From IMG/VR virus record IMGVR_UViG_3300032229_000533, positions 118,340 through 182,339 of that record: 64,000 bases of DNA. One strand, written 5' to 3'. The DNA comes from a virus. Positions 9,082 to 18,523 of the stretch are shown here, in pieces. The first letter of the stretch is position 1. Each line of letters begins with the position of its first letter. The notes below the pieces were generated by a model. The model searched no databases. It saw nothing but the letters and a program-made list of their open reading frames with translations, and was not told the DNA's origin. The translations under genes and the position numbers were made by a program.

Positions 9082-11097
9082 ATGAACGACTTAATGGACG
9101 ATGACGACAAAATGATGAGTAAAAAATCAAAATCATCAACAGATACAAACACACCTGTATTAGACAACTTCAGTAGAGACTTAAATAGCTTAGCTGAGGA
9201 AGGTAAACTTGACCCTGTTATTGGTCGTGACCGAGAGATTTTGAGAATCGCTCAGATTTTATCTCGTAGAAAGAAAAACAACCCAATTATCCTTGGTGAA
9301 CCTGGTTGTGGTAAAACCGCTCTTGTTGAAGGTTTGGCGATTAAAATTGTAAACGGGGAATGTCCTCGTAACTTGGTCGACAAACGTATTGTTAACCTTG
9401 ACCTGACTTCAGTTGTTGCTGGTACAAAGTACCGTGGACAATTTGAAGAACGTATGAAAGTTATCATTGAAGAACTTCAGGCAAACCCTAACATCATCGT
9501 ATTCATTGATGAGATTCACACATTGGTTGGTTCAGGGAATTCTTCAGGTTCAATGGATGGTTCAAACATATTCAAACCAGCACTTTCTCGTGGTGAACTT
9601 CAATGTATTGGAGCAACTACATTGGATGAATTCCGTAAGAACATTGAGAAAGATGGGGCATTGGAACGTAGATTCCAAAAAGTAATTGTTGAACCATCCT
9701 CAGTTGAAGAAACAATCCAAATCCTTAAGAATGTTCGTAACAAATACGAAAACTTTCACAAGGTAAACTATAGTGATGAAGTTATTGAAACTTGTGTAAA
9801 GTTGGCTGACCGTTACATTACTGACCGTGAATTCCCTGACAAAGCGTTTGACATCTTGGATGAGGTTGGAGCAAGAATGCAAACTGACCTAAAAGTTCCT
9901 GACATCATTGAAGAACTTAAAAAGAAAGCGGCGGACATCAAACAACAAAAAATTGATGTGGTTAAAAAACAAAACTATGAGCAGGCGGCTGAACTTCGTG
10001 ATAAAGAGAAGAAATTGTTGACCAAACTTGACCAAGAAAAAATTAAGTTTGAAGAACAATTGGCTAAAGAGAAACAAACCATCCTATTGGAACACGTATA
10101 CGATGTTGTTTCAAACATGACCAAAATCCCTGTTAGCAAAATGAGTGTTGATGACACCAAAGCTTTATTGGATTTGGACAAGAACTTGATTGACAAAGTT
10201 ATCGGTCAAAACAACGCGGTTGTTAAGATTGCAAAATCAATCAAAAGAAACCGTTTGGGTATTAAAGACCCTAACCGTCCAATTGGTTCATTTGTATTCT
10301 TGGGTTCAACAGGTGTTGGTAAAACATACTTGGCAAAACAATTGGCTAAGGAGATGTTTGGTTCTGAAGATTCACTTATCCGTGTGGATATGTCTGAATA
10401 CCAAGAAAAACATACCGTATCTAAATTGGTTGGGGCTCCTCCAGGTTATGTTGGATACGAAGAAGGTGGATTGTTAACTGAGAAAGTTAAAAACAAACCA
10501 TATTCAGTTATCTTGTTTGACGAGGTGGAAAAGGCACACAAAGATGTATTCACCATCTTACTTCAAATCTTGGATGATGGTCACGTTACGGATAGTTTGG
10601 GTCGTAAAATCAACTTCAAAAACACGTTGATTATCTTGACATCAAACTTGGGTGTTAAAAAACTACAGGACTTTGGAACAGGTATTGGTTTCTCTTCTAA
10701 CTCTTATAGTAACGAAGAGGCTAAGAAACAAATGTTGATGAAGGAAATGAAGAATTTCTTCTCCCCTGAGTTCTTAAACCGTATTGATGATACGATTGTA
10801 TTTAATTCATTGTCTCAAGAAGATATTAAAAAAATTACAGATATTGAATTGAAGAAATTGGTGTCTCGTCTTGTTGATATGAAATACAACATTACTTATG
10901 ATGAATCATTGGTTGAGTATTTGTCTAAGATTGGATTTGACGAATTGTACGGAGCTCGTCCATTGAAAAGAGCTATTCAAGATAAGGTTGAAGACCTATT
11001 GTCTGAAGAAGTTCTAACAGGTAAGATGATTGAGGGTAAAACCTATCTTATCAAAGTGGTGGATGAAAATGTGGTGGTCCAAAAGAAAGGACGATAA
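9082..11097 (+). CDS. clpC: ClpC-type AAA+ unfoldase lacking the N-terminal Clp repeat domain
   Basis: Two NBDs (GEPGCGKT/FIDE and GSTGVGKT/LFDEVEK), single UVR middle domain (NYEQAAELRD), ClpP-docking IGF loop (GTGIGFS). Only about 25 aa precede NBD1. Confidence 0.93.
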   Translation: MNDLMDDDDKMMSKKSKSSTDTNTPVLDNFSRDLNSLAEEGKLDPVIGRDREILRIAQILSRRKKNNPIILGEPGCGKTALVEGLAIKIVNGECPRNLVDKRIVNLDLTSVVAGTKYRGQFEERMKVIIEELQANPNIIVFIDEIHTLVGSGNSSGSMDGSNIFKPALSRGELQCIGATTLDEFRKNIEKDGALERRFQKVIVEPSSVEETIQILKNVRNKYENFHKVNYSDEVIETCVKLADRYITDREFPDKAFDILDEVGARMQTDLKVPDIIEELKKKAADIKQQKIDVVKKQNYEQAAELRDKEKKLLTKLDQEKIKFEEQLAKEKQTILLEHVYDVVSNMTKIPVSKMSVDDTKALLDLDKNLIDKVIGQNNAVVKIAKSIKRNRLGIKDPNRPIGSFVFLGSTGVGKTYLAKQLAKEMFGSEDSLIRVDMSEYQEKHTVSKLVGAPPGYVGYEEGGLLTEKVKNKPYSVILFDEVEKAHKDVFTILLQILDDGHVTDSLGRKINFKNTLIILTSNLGVKKLQDFGTGIGFSSNSYSNEEAKKQMLMKEMKNFFSPEFLNRIDDTIVFNSLSQEDIKKITDIELKKLVSRLVDMKYNITYDESLVEYLSKIGFDELYGARPLKRAIQDKVEDLLSEEVLTGKMIEGKTYLIKVVDENVVVQKKGR

Positions 11098-11099
11098 TT

Positions 11100-11126
11100 A
11101 AAGGGGGATTTATTCCCCCTTTTTTT
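11100..11126 (+). terminator. Intrinsic terminator after clpC
   Basis: aaggggga tttat tccccctt followed by a T run. Confidence 0.85.
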
Positions 11127-11137
11127 ATATTTATTAT

Positions 11138-11905
11138 TTGATGAAAGAACTAATCAGAAAAATATTGTTAGAAGCTGTTAAAGACGGTAAGGTTATCTGT
11201 GATAAATGTGGATGGTCTTGGGACATTTCTGATGGTGGTGATGACCTATATATGTGTCATAAGTGTGGTCATGATAACACACCCAAATCTCAATCTAACT
11301 TAAATAGATTATTGGAAAAATTCAAAATGAATTTTCCTGAAGAGTTAAGACCAAAGGTTGATATTATAGAAAAATTTGTGGTCAATTATATTCAGGACCA
11401 TAATTTTACAGTTAAGTTTCTTAACTCATGTTCTACAGGGTTTGCTGGTGTTAGAACAAAAGAACAAATCATTATTTGTTCACCAAATTCAATGTCAACT
11501 CTTGGTGATTTTATTTACACCATATTCCATGAAATAAGGCATGAGGAACAAATAGATAAAAATAGAATGGGATTAGATAATCCATTAACCGATTACGATT
11601 TAGATGATTTTGAAACATTATCTCAAAAATATTGGGAGTTAGAACTGGATGCCGACAGATTTGGAAAAGAAATGATTGCCAAACTTATTATTAAACTTGG
11701 GTTACCTATGGAAGTCGCAAAACAAAATTTAAGTTTATCTCAATATATTCAAAATTATCCTTTGGCGTCAAAAATGATTATGATGTCTTTACAACAAATT
11801 GTTAACGGAATTAAAGACATAAAAAAATCGGGTGGAGAATTTTCTGATATTCAAGACCACCCGATTGTTAAAAGACATTTAGATAAGTTGGAAAACTTGA
11901 TTTAA
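11138..11905 (+). CDS. Zn-ribbon plus HExxH zincin-like protein
   Basis: CDKCG...CHKCG; FHEIRHEEQ and a downstream ELELDAD. Confidence 0.7.
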   Translation: MMKELIRKILLEAVKDGKVICDKCGWSWDISDGGDDLYMCHKCGHDNTPKSQSNLNRLLEKFKMNFPEELRPKVDIIEKFVVNYIQDHNFTVKFLNSCSTGFAGVRTKEQIIICSPNSMSTLGDFIYTIFHEIRHEEQIDKNRMGLDNPLTDYDLDDFETLSQKYWELELDADRFGKEMIAKLIIKLGLPMEVAKQNLSLSQYIQNYPLASKMIMMSLQQIVNGIKDIKKSGGEFSDIQDHPIVKRHLDKLENLI

Positions 11906-12741
11906 AAAACACTTCTTGTTCTCCAATCGTATTGCATTGACTTTTTGTAGTGTAATTTGTTTCCAAGATTTTCAATCATTTTTTTACCCATATCAATTCC
12001 GTTAAAAACATCTTCAACAACCACATACTCATGTTTTGTATGATAGTGGTAATATCCAATTGAAATATTGATACAAGAGAAGTTAAACTTACCTCTTAAA
12101 GCGTATACGTCAGTATAAGGATGAACCATGTATTCCATGTAGTTTTGGTCCATTCCTTCAGTCAATACTTTATCACAAGACTCAAAGAATTCTGAATCTC
12201 TGTCAAATAAAACTTGACCAAAACATCTTTCTGTTACCATCCAATTCTCAGGTGCGTCAAATTGAATTCCATACCCAACATTTGTAAAGAATTCTTCACT
12301 TGCTTTAAGTGAACCATGACAACCTGTTTCTTCAGATACGAAAAAGGCTGCTTTAACATTTGGTAATTCTTGTAGTAAAGTTAAACAAGCGAAAACACCG
12401 CATTTATCATCACCACCAATACCAGTTGGGTTTCCTTGGTCGTTATACGCTTTGTAAGATAGTTTTTTCTCTCCTTGAGCATTATCCAACATTTCTTCAC
12501 TAATGTTAATTGTGTCAATGTTGTGAACTGTGTCGGTATGGGAAATAACACATGGAAAATAAAAATCTTCAGGTAATTCTGATGATTCTTGTTTTGTTGC
12601 GTAAACGTTATTGTATTCATCAACAAAATGTGGAATATTATTTTCGGTTAACCAATTAACCAAAAACGCAACCATTCTTTCTTCTTGATATGTCTTAGTT
12701 GGAACGCTTAATACGTCCTTTAGTAGTTGTAAATTATTCAT
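11902..12741 (-). CDS. M20/M28 family metallopeptidase
   Basis: SHTDTVH, GGDDKCG, SEETG and a C-terminal YHYHTKHE metal-ligand pattern. Confidence 0.85.
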   Translation of the reverse strand: MNNLQLLKDVLSVPTKTYQEERMVAFLVNWLTENNIPHFVDEYNNVYATKQESSELPEDFYFPCVISHTDTVHNIDTINISEEMLDNAQGEKKLSYKAYNDQGNPTGIGGDDKCGVFACLTLLQELPNVKAAFFVSEETGCHGSLKASEEFFTNVGYGIQFDAPENWMVTERCFGQVLFDRDSEFFESCDKVLTEGMDQNYMEYMVHPYTDVYALRGKFNFSCINISIGYYHYHTKHEYVVVEDVFNGIDMGKKMIENLGNKLHYKKSMQYDWRTRSVF

Positions 12742-12765
12742 GAAGCAAATATAAGAAATTTATTC

Positions 12766-14580
12766 TTAAACTTCAAACAAATCAAATAATTGTGGTGAAT
12801 ATAATAAATTGTTGAAATTTTCTTCGGACAATTTTAATCTACGCATACCCTTGGATTGCTTTTCAAGCATAATAGTAAGTTTCATATCTTCTCGGTCAAA
12901 TCCTTCAACTTTAAATGAAACATTCTTATCAATAGGTAATTTATTCCATCTATTTAATCCAAATTTTTTAACAATTCTATTTCTAAACGCTAAAAACTCT
13001 TTAATTTTTTCTCCGCCAGCATCTTCATCCTCATCAAGTTTTTCTAAAATTTTTTCAAATCGTCTTTCAACAACATTATTGAATGCATTTGAATCAAAAT
13101 TATCATAATCTTGGTATTCATATGAATTTTCTTGCCAACCACCTAATCGTCCTGTACCTGAATATTCAACAATTTGATTAAACAAAGAGATTGCATCTAT
13201 TTTTGGTAATTGTAATCTTGTTGACCACATTAATAAGTTGGCTGCGGTTGTTGCAATTTGGTCATAATCTCTAACAAGTGTAAACCCAATTGACTCTAAA
13301 AAATTGTTAACTTCGTTCTCAATTGAATTTCTTGCGGTTGTTAACATCTCACTATTCTTTTCGGATGCATAATCACCAAGAATCCAATCCATTTCATCTT
13401 CAAATAAACTTAATAATGTTTCTGATAATTTAACTTTATAATCATCATTATCTAAATTAAATTCTTTTTCAGGTAATATTAATTCGGCAATTTCTTTTAA
13501 CTTTTCCTTATTTTCTTCATTAAGCTCACCATAGACTACATAACCTTGTTTAAAATCATCTTCAACAGTATATGAATCCATAAATTCATAACTACCATAA
13601 GTTGAATTAATGGCATTTAAAAACCATTGGTCATCTTCAGATATATCTAAAGTTTTAAAAAACTTGTCGTCTTCATCAAAATCAATTACAATAGTACTTT
13701 GACCTAATGGGTCTGAAGGTTTAACTTTAAGTATGGCATCGTCAGAATCCTCCAATTCACGATAATCAATTTTACCTCTGGTAAATGCTCTAAGGGCTTT
13801 AATAAATTCACCTGAACCTATTAATTCATCAATTAAGTCATTTTGATTTGGGAACGTTTCTCTTAAGTCTTCCAAAGAGACCAATCTATCTTGAGCGTTA
13901 TAAACTTCGGTTTTTCTATCTTCCGTGTTTCTATACAACGCCATTTTGGTATTTTCTTTTTTCTTAATGAAATAATATAACAAACCTGTTTTAATGTATT
14001 TTTCAAAATACCCTGAACTACCAGAACTAGCGGTACACCATTTGGTGTTTGCGCCATAATAACAAGATGCCGCATGAGATTTTGGTCTAATAACCAAAAC
14101 GTCATCATCTTCATATAATCTTTCTGCTTGAGATTTTAACTCTCTTTCTTTTTCTCTTTCAGTTTTCTTACTATCAACAACCTCCATCAAAGTTCTAATA
14201 AACTCAGGATTTTCATATTGGTTAATATCTTTAAATGACTTGGCAATTCCCACAATGTTTGGAACTACCACGTTTCTTTCCCTAAAAATTGTTTCAGCTT
14301 TCCAAATATCGTCTTCAGTTATTCTATTAACATTATTGTGGAACCATGGAATAACCATACTCAAAATGTCTCTAATTGCATCTTGTTGTGTGATATTAAG
14401 ACCACCTCTTTGTCCTGCAAGTTGCGGGATAATCTTTTCTAATTGTTTACCAATATAGTCAACGTATTTGTATCCTGTTGGGTCTACAGATAGCATACGG
14501 TCAATAAATGTACCATCATACTCAAACCTCTGTTTTAGACGTTTTGCAACATCTTCTTTTCTACCTTCTATTATTATCAC
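12766..14580 (-). CDS. Hypothetical protein of the YG..T(K/R)WCT family
   Basis: 604 aa; LVIRPKSHAASCYYGANTKWCT, shared with ORFs 15597 and 57199. Confidence 0.75.
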   Translation of the reverse strand: MIIIEGRKEDVAKRLKQRFEYDGTFIDRMLSVDPTGYKYVDYIGKQLEKIIPQLAGQRGGLNITQQDAIRDILSMVIPWFHNNVNRITEDDIWKAETIFRERNVVVPNIVGIAKSFKDINQYENPEFIRTLMEVVDSKKTEREKERELKSQAERLYEDDDVLVIRPKSHAASCYYGANTKWCTASSGSSGYFEKYIKTGLLYYFIKKKENTKMALYRNTEDRKTEVYNAQDRLVSLEDLRETFPNQNDLIDELIGSGEFIKALRAFTRGKIDYRELEDSDDAILKVKPSDPLGQSTIVIDFDEDDKFFKTLDISEDDQWFLNAINSTYGSYEFMDSYTVEDDFKQGYVVYGELNEENKEKLKEIAELILPEKEFNLDNDDYKVKLSETLLSLFEDEMDWILGDYASEKNSEMLTTARNSIENEVNNFLESIGFTLVRDYDQIATTAANLLMWSTRLQLPKIDAISLFNQIVEYSGTGRLGGWQENSYEYQDYDNFDSNAFNNVVERRFEKILEKLDEDEDAGGEKIKEFLAFRNRIVKKFGLNRWNKLPIDKNVSFKVEGFDREDMKLTIMLEKQSKGMRRLKLSEENFNNLLYSPQLFDLFEV

Positions 14581-14647
14581 CGTTGATTTTTATTATAAAT
14601 ACCAATTTTGTTTGGAATTTCCATATTTATTCTTACCTTTGTATAAG

Positions 14648-14727
14648 AAATCACGGGTGACTCCCTTAATAGTTAAGGCTGACCTTAAGCATCTGACGTA
14701 TGTCTATACAGGGGGTGAAAGTGATTT
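14648..14727 (+). ncRNA. Candidate structured RNA upstream of tmRNA
   Basis: aaatcac/gtgattt closing stem, ctccct/aggggg stem and ttaagg-ctga-ccttaa hairpin. Follows a TACCTTTG promoter box. Confidence 0.45.
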
Positions 14728-14747
14728 TTTATCGTTCTTAAAATTAT

Positions 14748-15129
14748 GGGGGTGCATGGTATTGATTGGCATTGTTGGGGATAAGTGGCACGTCGGAGCT
14801 GAATTAACTTCGTTATCAACTGGTTTAAACAATCAAATGGCAATACTTTTGCTAAGCTTGCGGCTTTAGGTCTTACTAAAGAAGAAGCTGTTGTTACTAT
14901 CTAAGATAGGGAACAACAACGGGGTCGGTGAACATTAACCTAGCAACAGAAGTTCTTACAAAGGTGGAAAAATGACTAAACCCAAAATTGAGTCGTCCAT
15001 TGGTTATTAGTTTACGATGGTGAAGAACAAACTGAATATTTTGGAACATTAGAAAATGTTATCCTAAACGTGTAGTCATTTATTGTCAAAATGAGCAAGA
15101 CGAGGGTTCGAATCCCTCCACCTCCACCA
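14748..15129 (+). ncRNA. ssrA: tmRNA
   Basis: Acceptor GGGGGTG/CACCTCC with G3-U70, T-arm gaggg-ttcgaat-ccctc and encoded ACCA. Tag frame at 14839-14904 ends with TAA in a ctatc/gatag hairpin loop. Confidence 0.95.
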
Positions 15130-15133
15130 AATT

Positions 15134-15160
15134 AAGGGTTCCAAAACGGAACCCTTTTTT
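15134..15160 (+). terminator. Intrinsic terminator after tmRNA
   Basis: aagggttcc aaaac ggaaccctt followed by a T run. Confidence 0.9.
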
Positions 15161-15188
15161 TATTTATATTCTTTTATATATTTTAAAA

Positions 15189-15572
15189 ATGGGAACAAAT
15201 TGTAATATATGTAGTACTAATTGTTTTGGTAGAGAAGGTTACCATGGTAGTTGTTGTACTTTAGAAGATAGAGATTGGATTATAGGTCCTCACAACGACA
15301 CTAAAGAATTTACTGAAAGATTATCATCAAAATTAGGTAGAGAAATTCAAGAAGAAGAAATCTTTATAAATTACGATGAAGGGAGTAAATTATTTCCAAA
15401 TAAATCAACTTGGCAAAATCCTAAATCTTACCCTGCATTGAGAGTGGATTTTTTTCACCCAAGACTCCCATGTATTTTTTACAACACAAAAATCAAAGCA
15501 TGTACAATGTATGATATTCGTCCTAATACTTGTGAAAGATACGAATGTGATTACTTGGCAAATAATACATAA
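15189..15572 (+). CDS. YkgJ-like cysteine-cluster (putative Fe-S/Zn) protein
   Basis: CxxCxxxC...SCC...CIFY...CTMYDIRPNTCERYEC. Confidence 0.75.
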   Translation: MGTNCNICSTNCFGREGYHGSCCTLEDRDWIIGPHNDTKEFTERLSSKLGREIQEEEIFINYDEGSKLFPNKSTWQNPKSYPALRVDFFHPRLPCIFYNTKIKACTMYDIRPNTCERYECDYLANNT

Positions 15573-15596
15573 CCAATTACCAATATATTTATTTGT

Positions 15597-17105
15597 ATGA
15601 GATTAGCGCCAATCCTTATACAAGAGGGTCGTAAAGAAGATTTACGTAAAAAATACACTGAAAAATTCAAAGAATATCCAGAAAACTTGGATTTTATTTT
15701 AGGTATTGCCGATTTAGCCGATACTAATTTTAAGTACGGTGATTTTGTATTAAAAAATACACATCCAAATGCATCACCAGAAGAAGTTGAACACATTATA
15801 GACCTTGTTAAAGATTTTGACAGATTTCAACAAGCCTTAGAAGTTAAAGATATAAACAAGTATAATCTTTATCAGTTATCAAACGCATTAGACAAACACA
15901 AAGACACTTCAAAGTCACAACAAAAAAAATCATTTGACACATCAGGCGCCAAAAAAATATTTGAAGATAAAAATATTTTAATTGTTAGACCTTTAACTTA
16001 CGAAGCATCTTGTAAATATGGTTCAGGGACTAGATGGTGTACCACAATGGCGGGTCAACCATCTTATTTCAAAAATCATACCTCAGAAGACCAAGCATTA
16101 TATTACATTATTCTTAAAAACTTTAACCGAGACAACAAGTTTTACAAAATAGCAATACATAAGACACCAAATACTGAAACTTGGTATGATTCTTCAGATG
16201 AAAGAATGTCGGAAAGAGAAAAAGAAGTTTTTAACTTAGGTGCTCCAAAAGTAATTGAAACCATTAAAAACGATTATTCAGAATACATTAAAGAAAGAGG
16301 GCAATCATTTTTCAAAAAACTATTTGATTTTAATAATTACAAATTTGAAGATGTATCGTCGGCATTCAAAGGAACAAAAAATAAAATCGGTCTTGAGTTT
16401 CAAAAACCAGATATAGTTCCTGATATGCCAGGCCACGCAACAATGGAATTGAATATTTCTGTGGATGAGGAAAATATAGACCAATATTTAGTTATGATTA
16501 CTTATGATGTTGGTAATAAAATCAATTTTGATATTGGATATTCAGGTGATAATTTTGAAATTGAGCCTGAATTTGATTTTGGTATAGAAAACGTATCAAC
16601 TCGTTTCCAAATACCTGTAGGGTTTTTAACCAATCCATCTAATGAAAACATTAAATCATTCTTCAATGAACTTTGTTGGACAATCTCAAAACAAATTGTT
16701 TATAGAATGAAAAACAATAGTGAGTTCATGTCATCTATTCACGGTGGAAACGCTGTATGGTTACCAAATAGAATGAGTTATGGGTACACTTTCAAAAGAA
16801 AAGATTCTGGTTTAATTAAAAAACTTGTTGATTATTTAGATTCTAATAAAAAAGGAACAAAATTAGATTTTTTAGTTGATATCGGTTCTTTAGAAAAGAA
16901 AGATATTAACGGAAAACCGTTCTTTTCAAGAAAAAATGCAAATGATTGGCAGATACCGTCAGCTTATAGAGGTCAATATAGCGGTCTGTTTAATTCAGCA
17001 AAACTTGCAGGTATATTAGATTACGACAAAAAAGGTAATCAGTTTTATTTGAAAAAAGGTCCGAATTTTGAAGCGTTTAAGTCAGGACAATTAAGTGCAC
17101 TTTAA
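15597..17105 (+). CDS. Hypothetical protein of the YG..T(K/R)WCT family
   Basis: 502 aa; LIVRPLTYEASCKYGSGTRWCT; N-terminal EGRKED as in ORF 12766. Confidence 0.75.
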   Translation: MRLAPILIQEGRKEDLRKKYTEKFKEYPENLDFILGIADLADTNFKYGDFVLKNTHPNASPEEVEHIIDLVKDFDRFQQALEVKDINKYNLYQLSNALDKHKDTSKSQQKKSFDTSGAKKIFEDKNILIVRPLTYEASCKYGSGTRWCTTMAGQPSYFKNHTSEDQALYYIILKNFNRDNKFYKIAIHKTPNTETWYDSSDERMSEREKEVFNLGAPKVIETIKNDYSEYIKERGQSFFKKLFDFNNYKFEDVSSAFKGTKNKIGLEFQKPDIVPDMPGHATMELNISVDEENIDQYLVMITYDVGNKINFDIGYSGDNFEIEPEFDFGIENVSTRFQIPVGFLTNPSNENIKSFFNELCWTISKQIVYRMKNNSEFMSSIHGGNAVWLPNRMSYGYTFKRKDSGLIKKLVDYLDSNKKGTKLDFLVDIGSLEKKDINGKPFFSRKNANDWQIPSAYRGQYSGLFNSAKLAGILDYDKKGNQFYLKKGPNFEAFKSGQLSAL

Positions 17106-17326
17106 GCTTTTTTAGATAATCTGCGAAAGTAGATATATAATCCAAAAAATACTGCCGCAACACAATACAACACGAAGTTGGCTTTCCATAAACTTCCTGT
17201 CCATAATATTAGTCCATACTGAACAGCATCGAACCCAAAAGGATTGAAGAATAGAGCTATCATTAAAAATAGTTGGGATAAGTTGTCTTGGAATATTCTT
17301 CTCCAAGTTCTGTTTTCTACTGTCAT
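17102..17326 (-). CDS. Small membrane protein
   Basis: 74 aa with two hydrophobic segments and a basic C-terminus. Confidence 0.65.
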   Translation of the reverse strand: MTVENRTWRRIFQDNLSQLFLMIALFFNPFGFDAVQYGLILWTGSLWKANFVLYCVAAVFFGLYIYFRRLSKKA

Positions 17327-17400
17327 CTTCCATATATTACCGTTAAAAGTTTATGCCCAATGGACTTGGTAATCCATAATAAATATACTATATTTGCGTA

Positions 17401-17991
17401 ATGAAAGTTATATTTTTGGACCATGATGGAGTAATTTGTCTATCCACAGAGTGGGGAGGTCGTTACAAAAAAAGAGATAAGTGGGGAGGTGCTAAATTAT
17501 CTATGTCACCAACGTCAATGCCTGTTGAATACCGTTTTGACAATTTCAATCAAAAGGCAATTAAAGTACTTAATGAAATTCTAGAAGAAACAGGTGCCGA
17601 AATTGTAGTATCATCTGATTGGAAACGTTGGGCAACCGTTGAGGAAATGGGTGAGTATTACGAATCAAAAGGTATTAGTAAAAAACCAATTGCGTTTACA
17701 CCCGATTTAGGTCAATGTACTTGGCATAATGAAAATGTTTGGGTTTGGTCAAAAGAATGGGATTTAGAAATGTGTCGTGTGATTGAAATTAAACAATACT
17801 TACACGACCATCCTGAAATCACCCATTGGGTTTCAATTGACGACCTTGATATGGGCAAAACAGGTAAAAAATGGGGTATAGAGTTTGAACATGACTGGGC
17901 TTTAGATAATTTTGTCTTAACGCCAAGAGGTAACGAAGGAATTAAACAATCAGGAATAAAAGAAAAAATATTTAAATTTTTAAATGACTAA
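17401..17991 (+). CDS. HAD-superfamily protein (Swiss-Army-knife RNA-repair-like HAD)
   Basis: IFLDHDGV (DxD), VVSSDWK, WVSIDD; TATATTTG promoter box upstream. Confidence 0.8.
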   Translation: MKVIFLDHDGVICLSTEWGGRYKKRDKWGGAKLSMSPTSMPVEYRFDNFNQKAIKVLNEILEETGAEIVVSSDWKRWATVEEMGEYYESKGISKKPIAFTPDLGQCTWHNENVWVWSKEWDLEMCRVIEIKQYLHDHPEITHWVSIDDLDMGKTGKKWGIEFEHDWALDNFVLTPRGNEGIKQSGIKEKIFKFLND

Positions 17992-18169
17992 TATTAAAGA
18001 AATTTTGGAAAAAGAAGGACCGATGTTAAAATTATCTAATGTTGCCCCTGAAGGGTTTGTTTTGGTCCATGAAAAAACAATAGAGGATTTAAAAGATTTT
18101 GATACTTGGAAATCTTGGAAAAATAATGATATAACTATTAAAGAACTAAACAATAAAAACTTTGAATAA
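17984..18169 (+). CDS. Hypothetical protein
   Basis: 61 aa, overlaps the upstream stop. Confidence 0.6.
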   Translation: MTNIKEILEKEGPMLKLSNVAPEGFVLVHEKTIEDLKDFDTWKSWKNNDITIKELNNKNFE

Positions 18170-18172
18170 AGT

Positions 18173-18355
18173 ATGAGTAAATTATATAGAACTAAATCAT
18201 CTGTAATTGCTGGTGTATGTAAAGGATTAGGGGATTATTTTAATATTGATGAATCACTAATTAGGATTTTATTTGTCATATTGTTATTTACACCATTTCC
18301 AATCATTTTAACATATTTATTACTATGGATATCATTTCCTGAAAAAGAAATATGA
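18173..18355 (+). CDS. PspC domain protein
   Basis: KLYRTKSSVIAGVCKGLGDYFNID..LIRILFV...YLLLWI..P, the PspC pattern. Confidence 0.85.
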   Translation: MSKLYRTKSSVIAGVCKGLGDYFNIDESLIRILFVILLFTPFPIILTYLLLWISFPEKEI

Positions 18356-18473
18356 GAAAAATAAAAGAACTATTTGTAAATTTTTTTAAATTAATTTTTA
18401 AAATCAAAACAAAAAAAATTAAAGTAGACGAAATTATTGAACCTGAGGTTAAAAGATTAACTTATACAAAGAG

Positions 18474-18498
18474 AACCGACAATTAGTCGGTTTTTTTT
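18474..18498 (+). terminator. Intrinsic terminator
   Basis: aaccgac aatta gtcggtt followed by a T run. Confidence 0.8.
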
Positions 18499-18523
18499 AT
18501 TTACCTCAAACTATTTATATTAC

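Noticed and set aside
9082-11097. ClpB disaggregase annotation
   Set aside because: The middle domain is a single short UVR motif and an IGF ClpP-docking loop is present, which fits ClpC.
14655-14716. TPP riboswitch upstream of tmRNA
   Set aside because: Lacks the conserved CUGAGA and ACCUGAU elements. Reported only as an unknown structured element.
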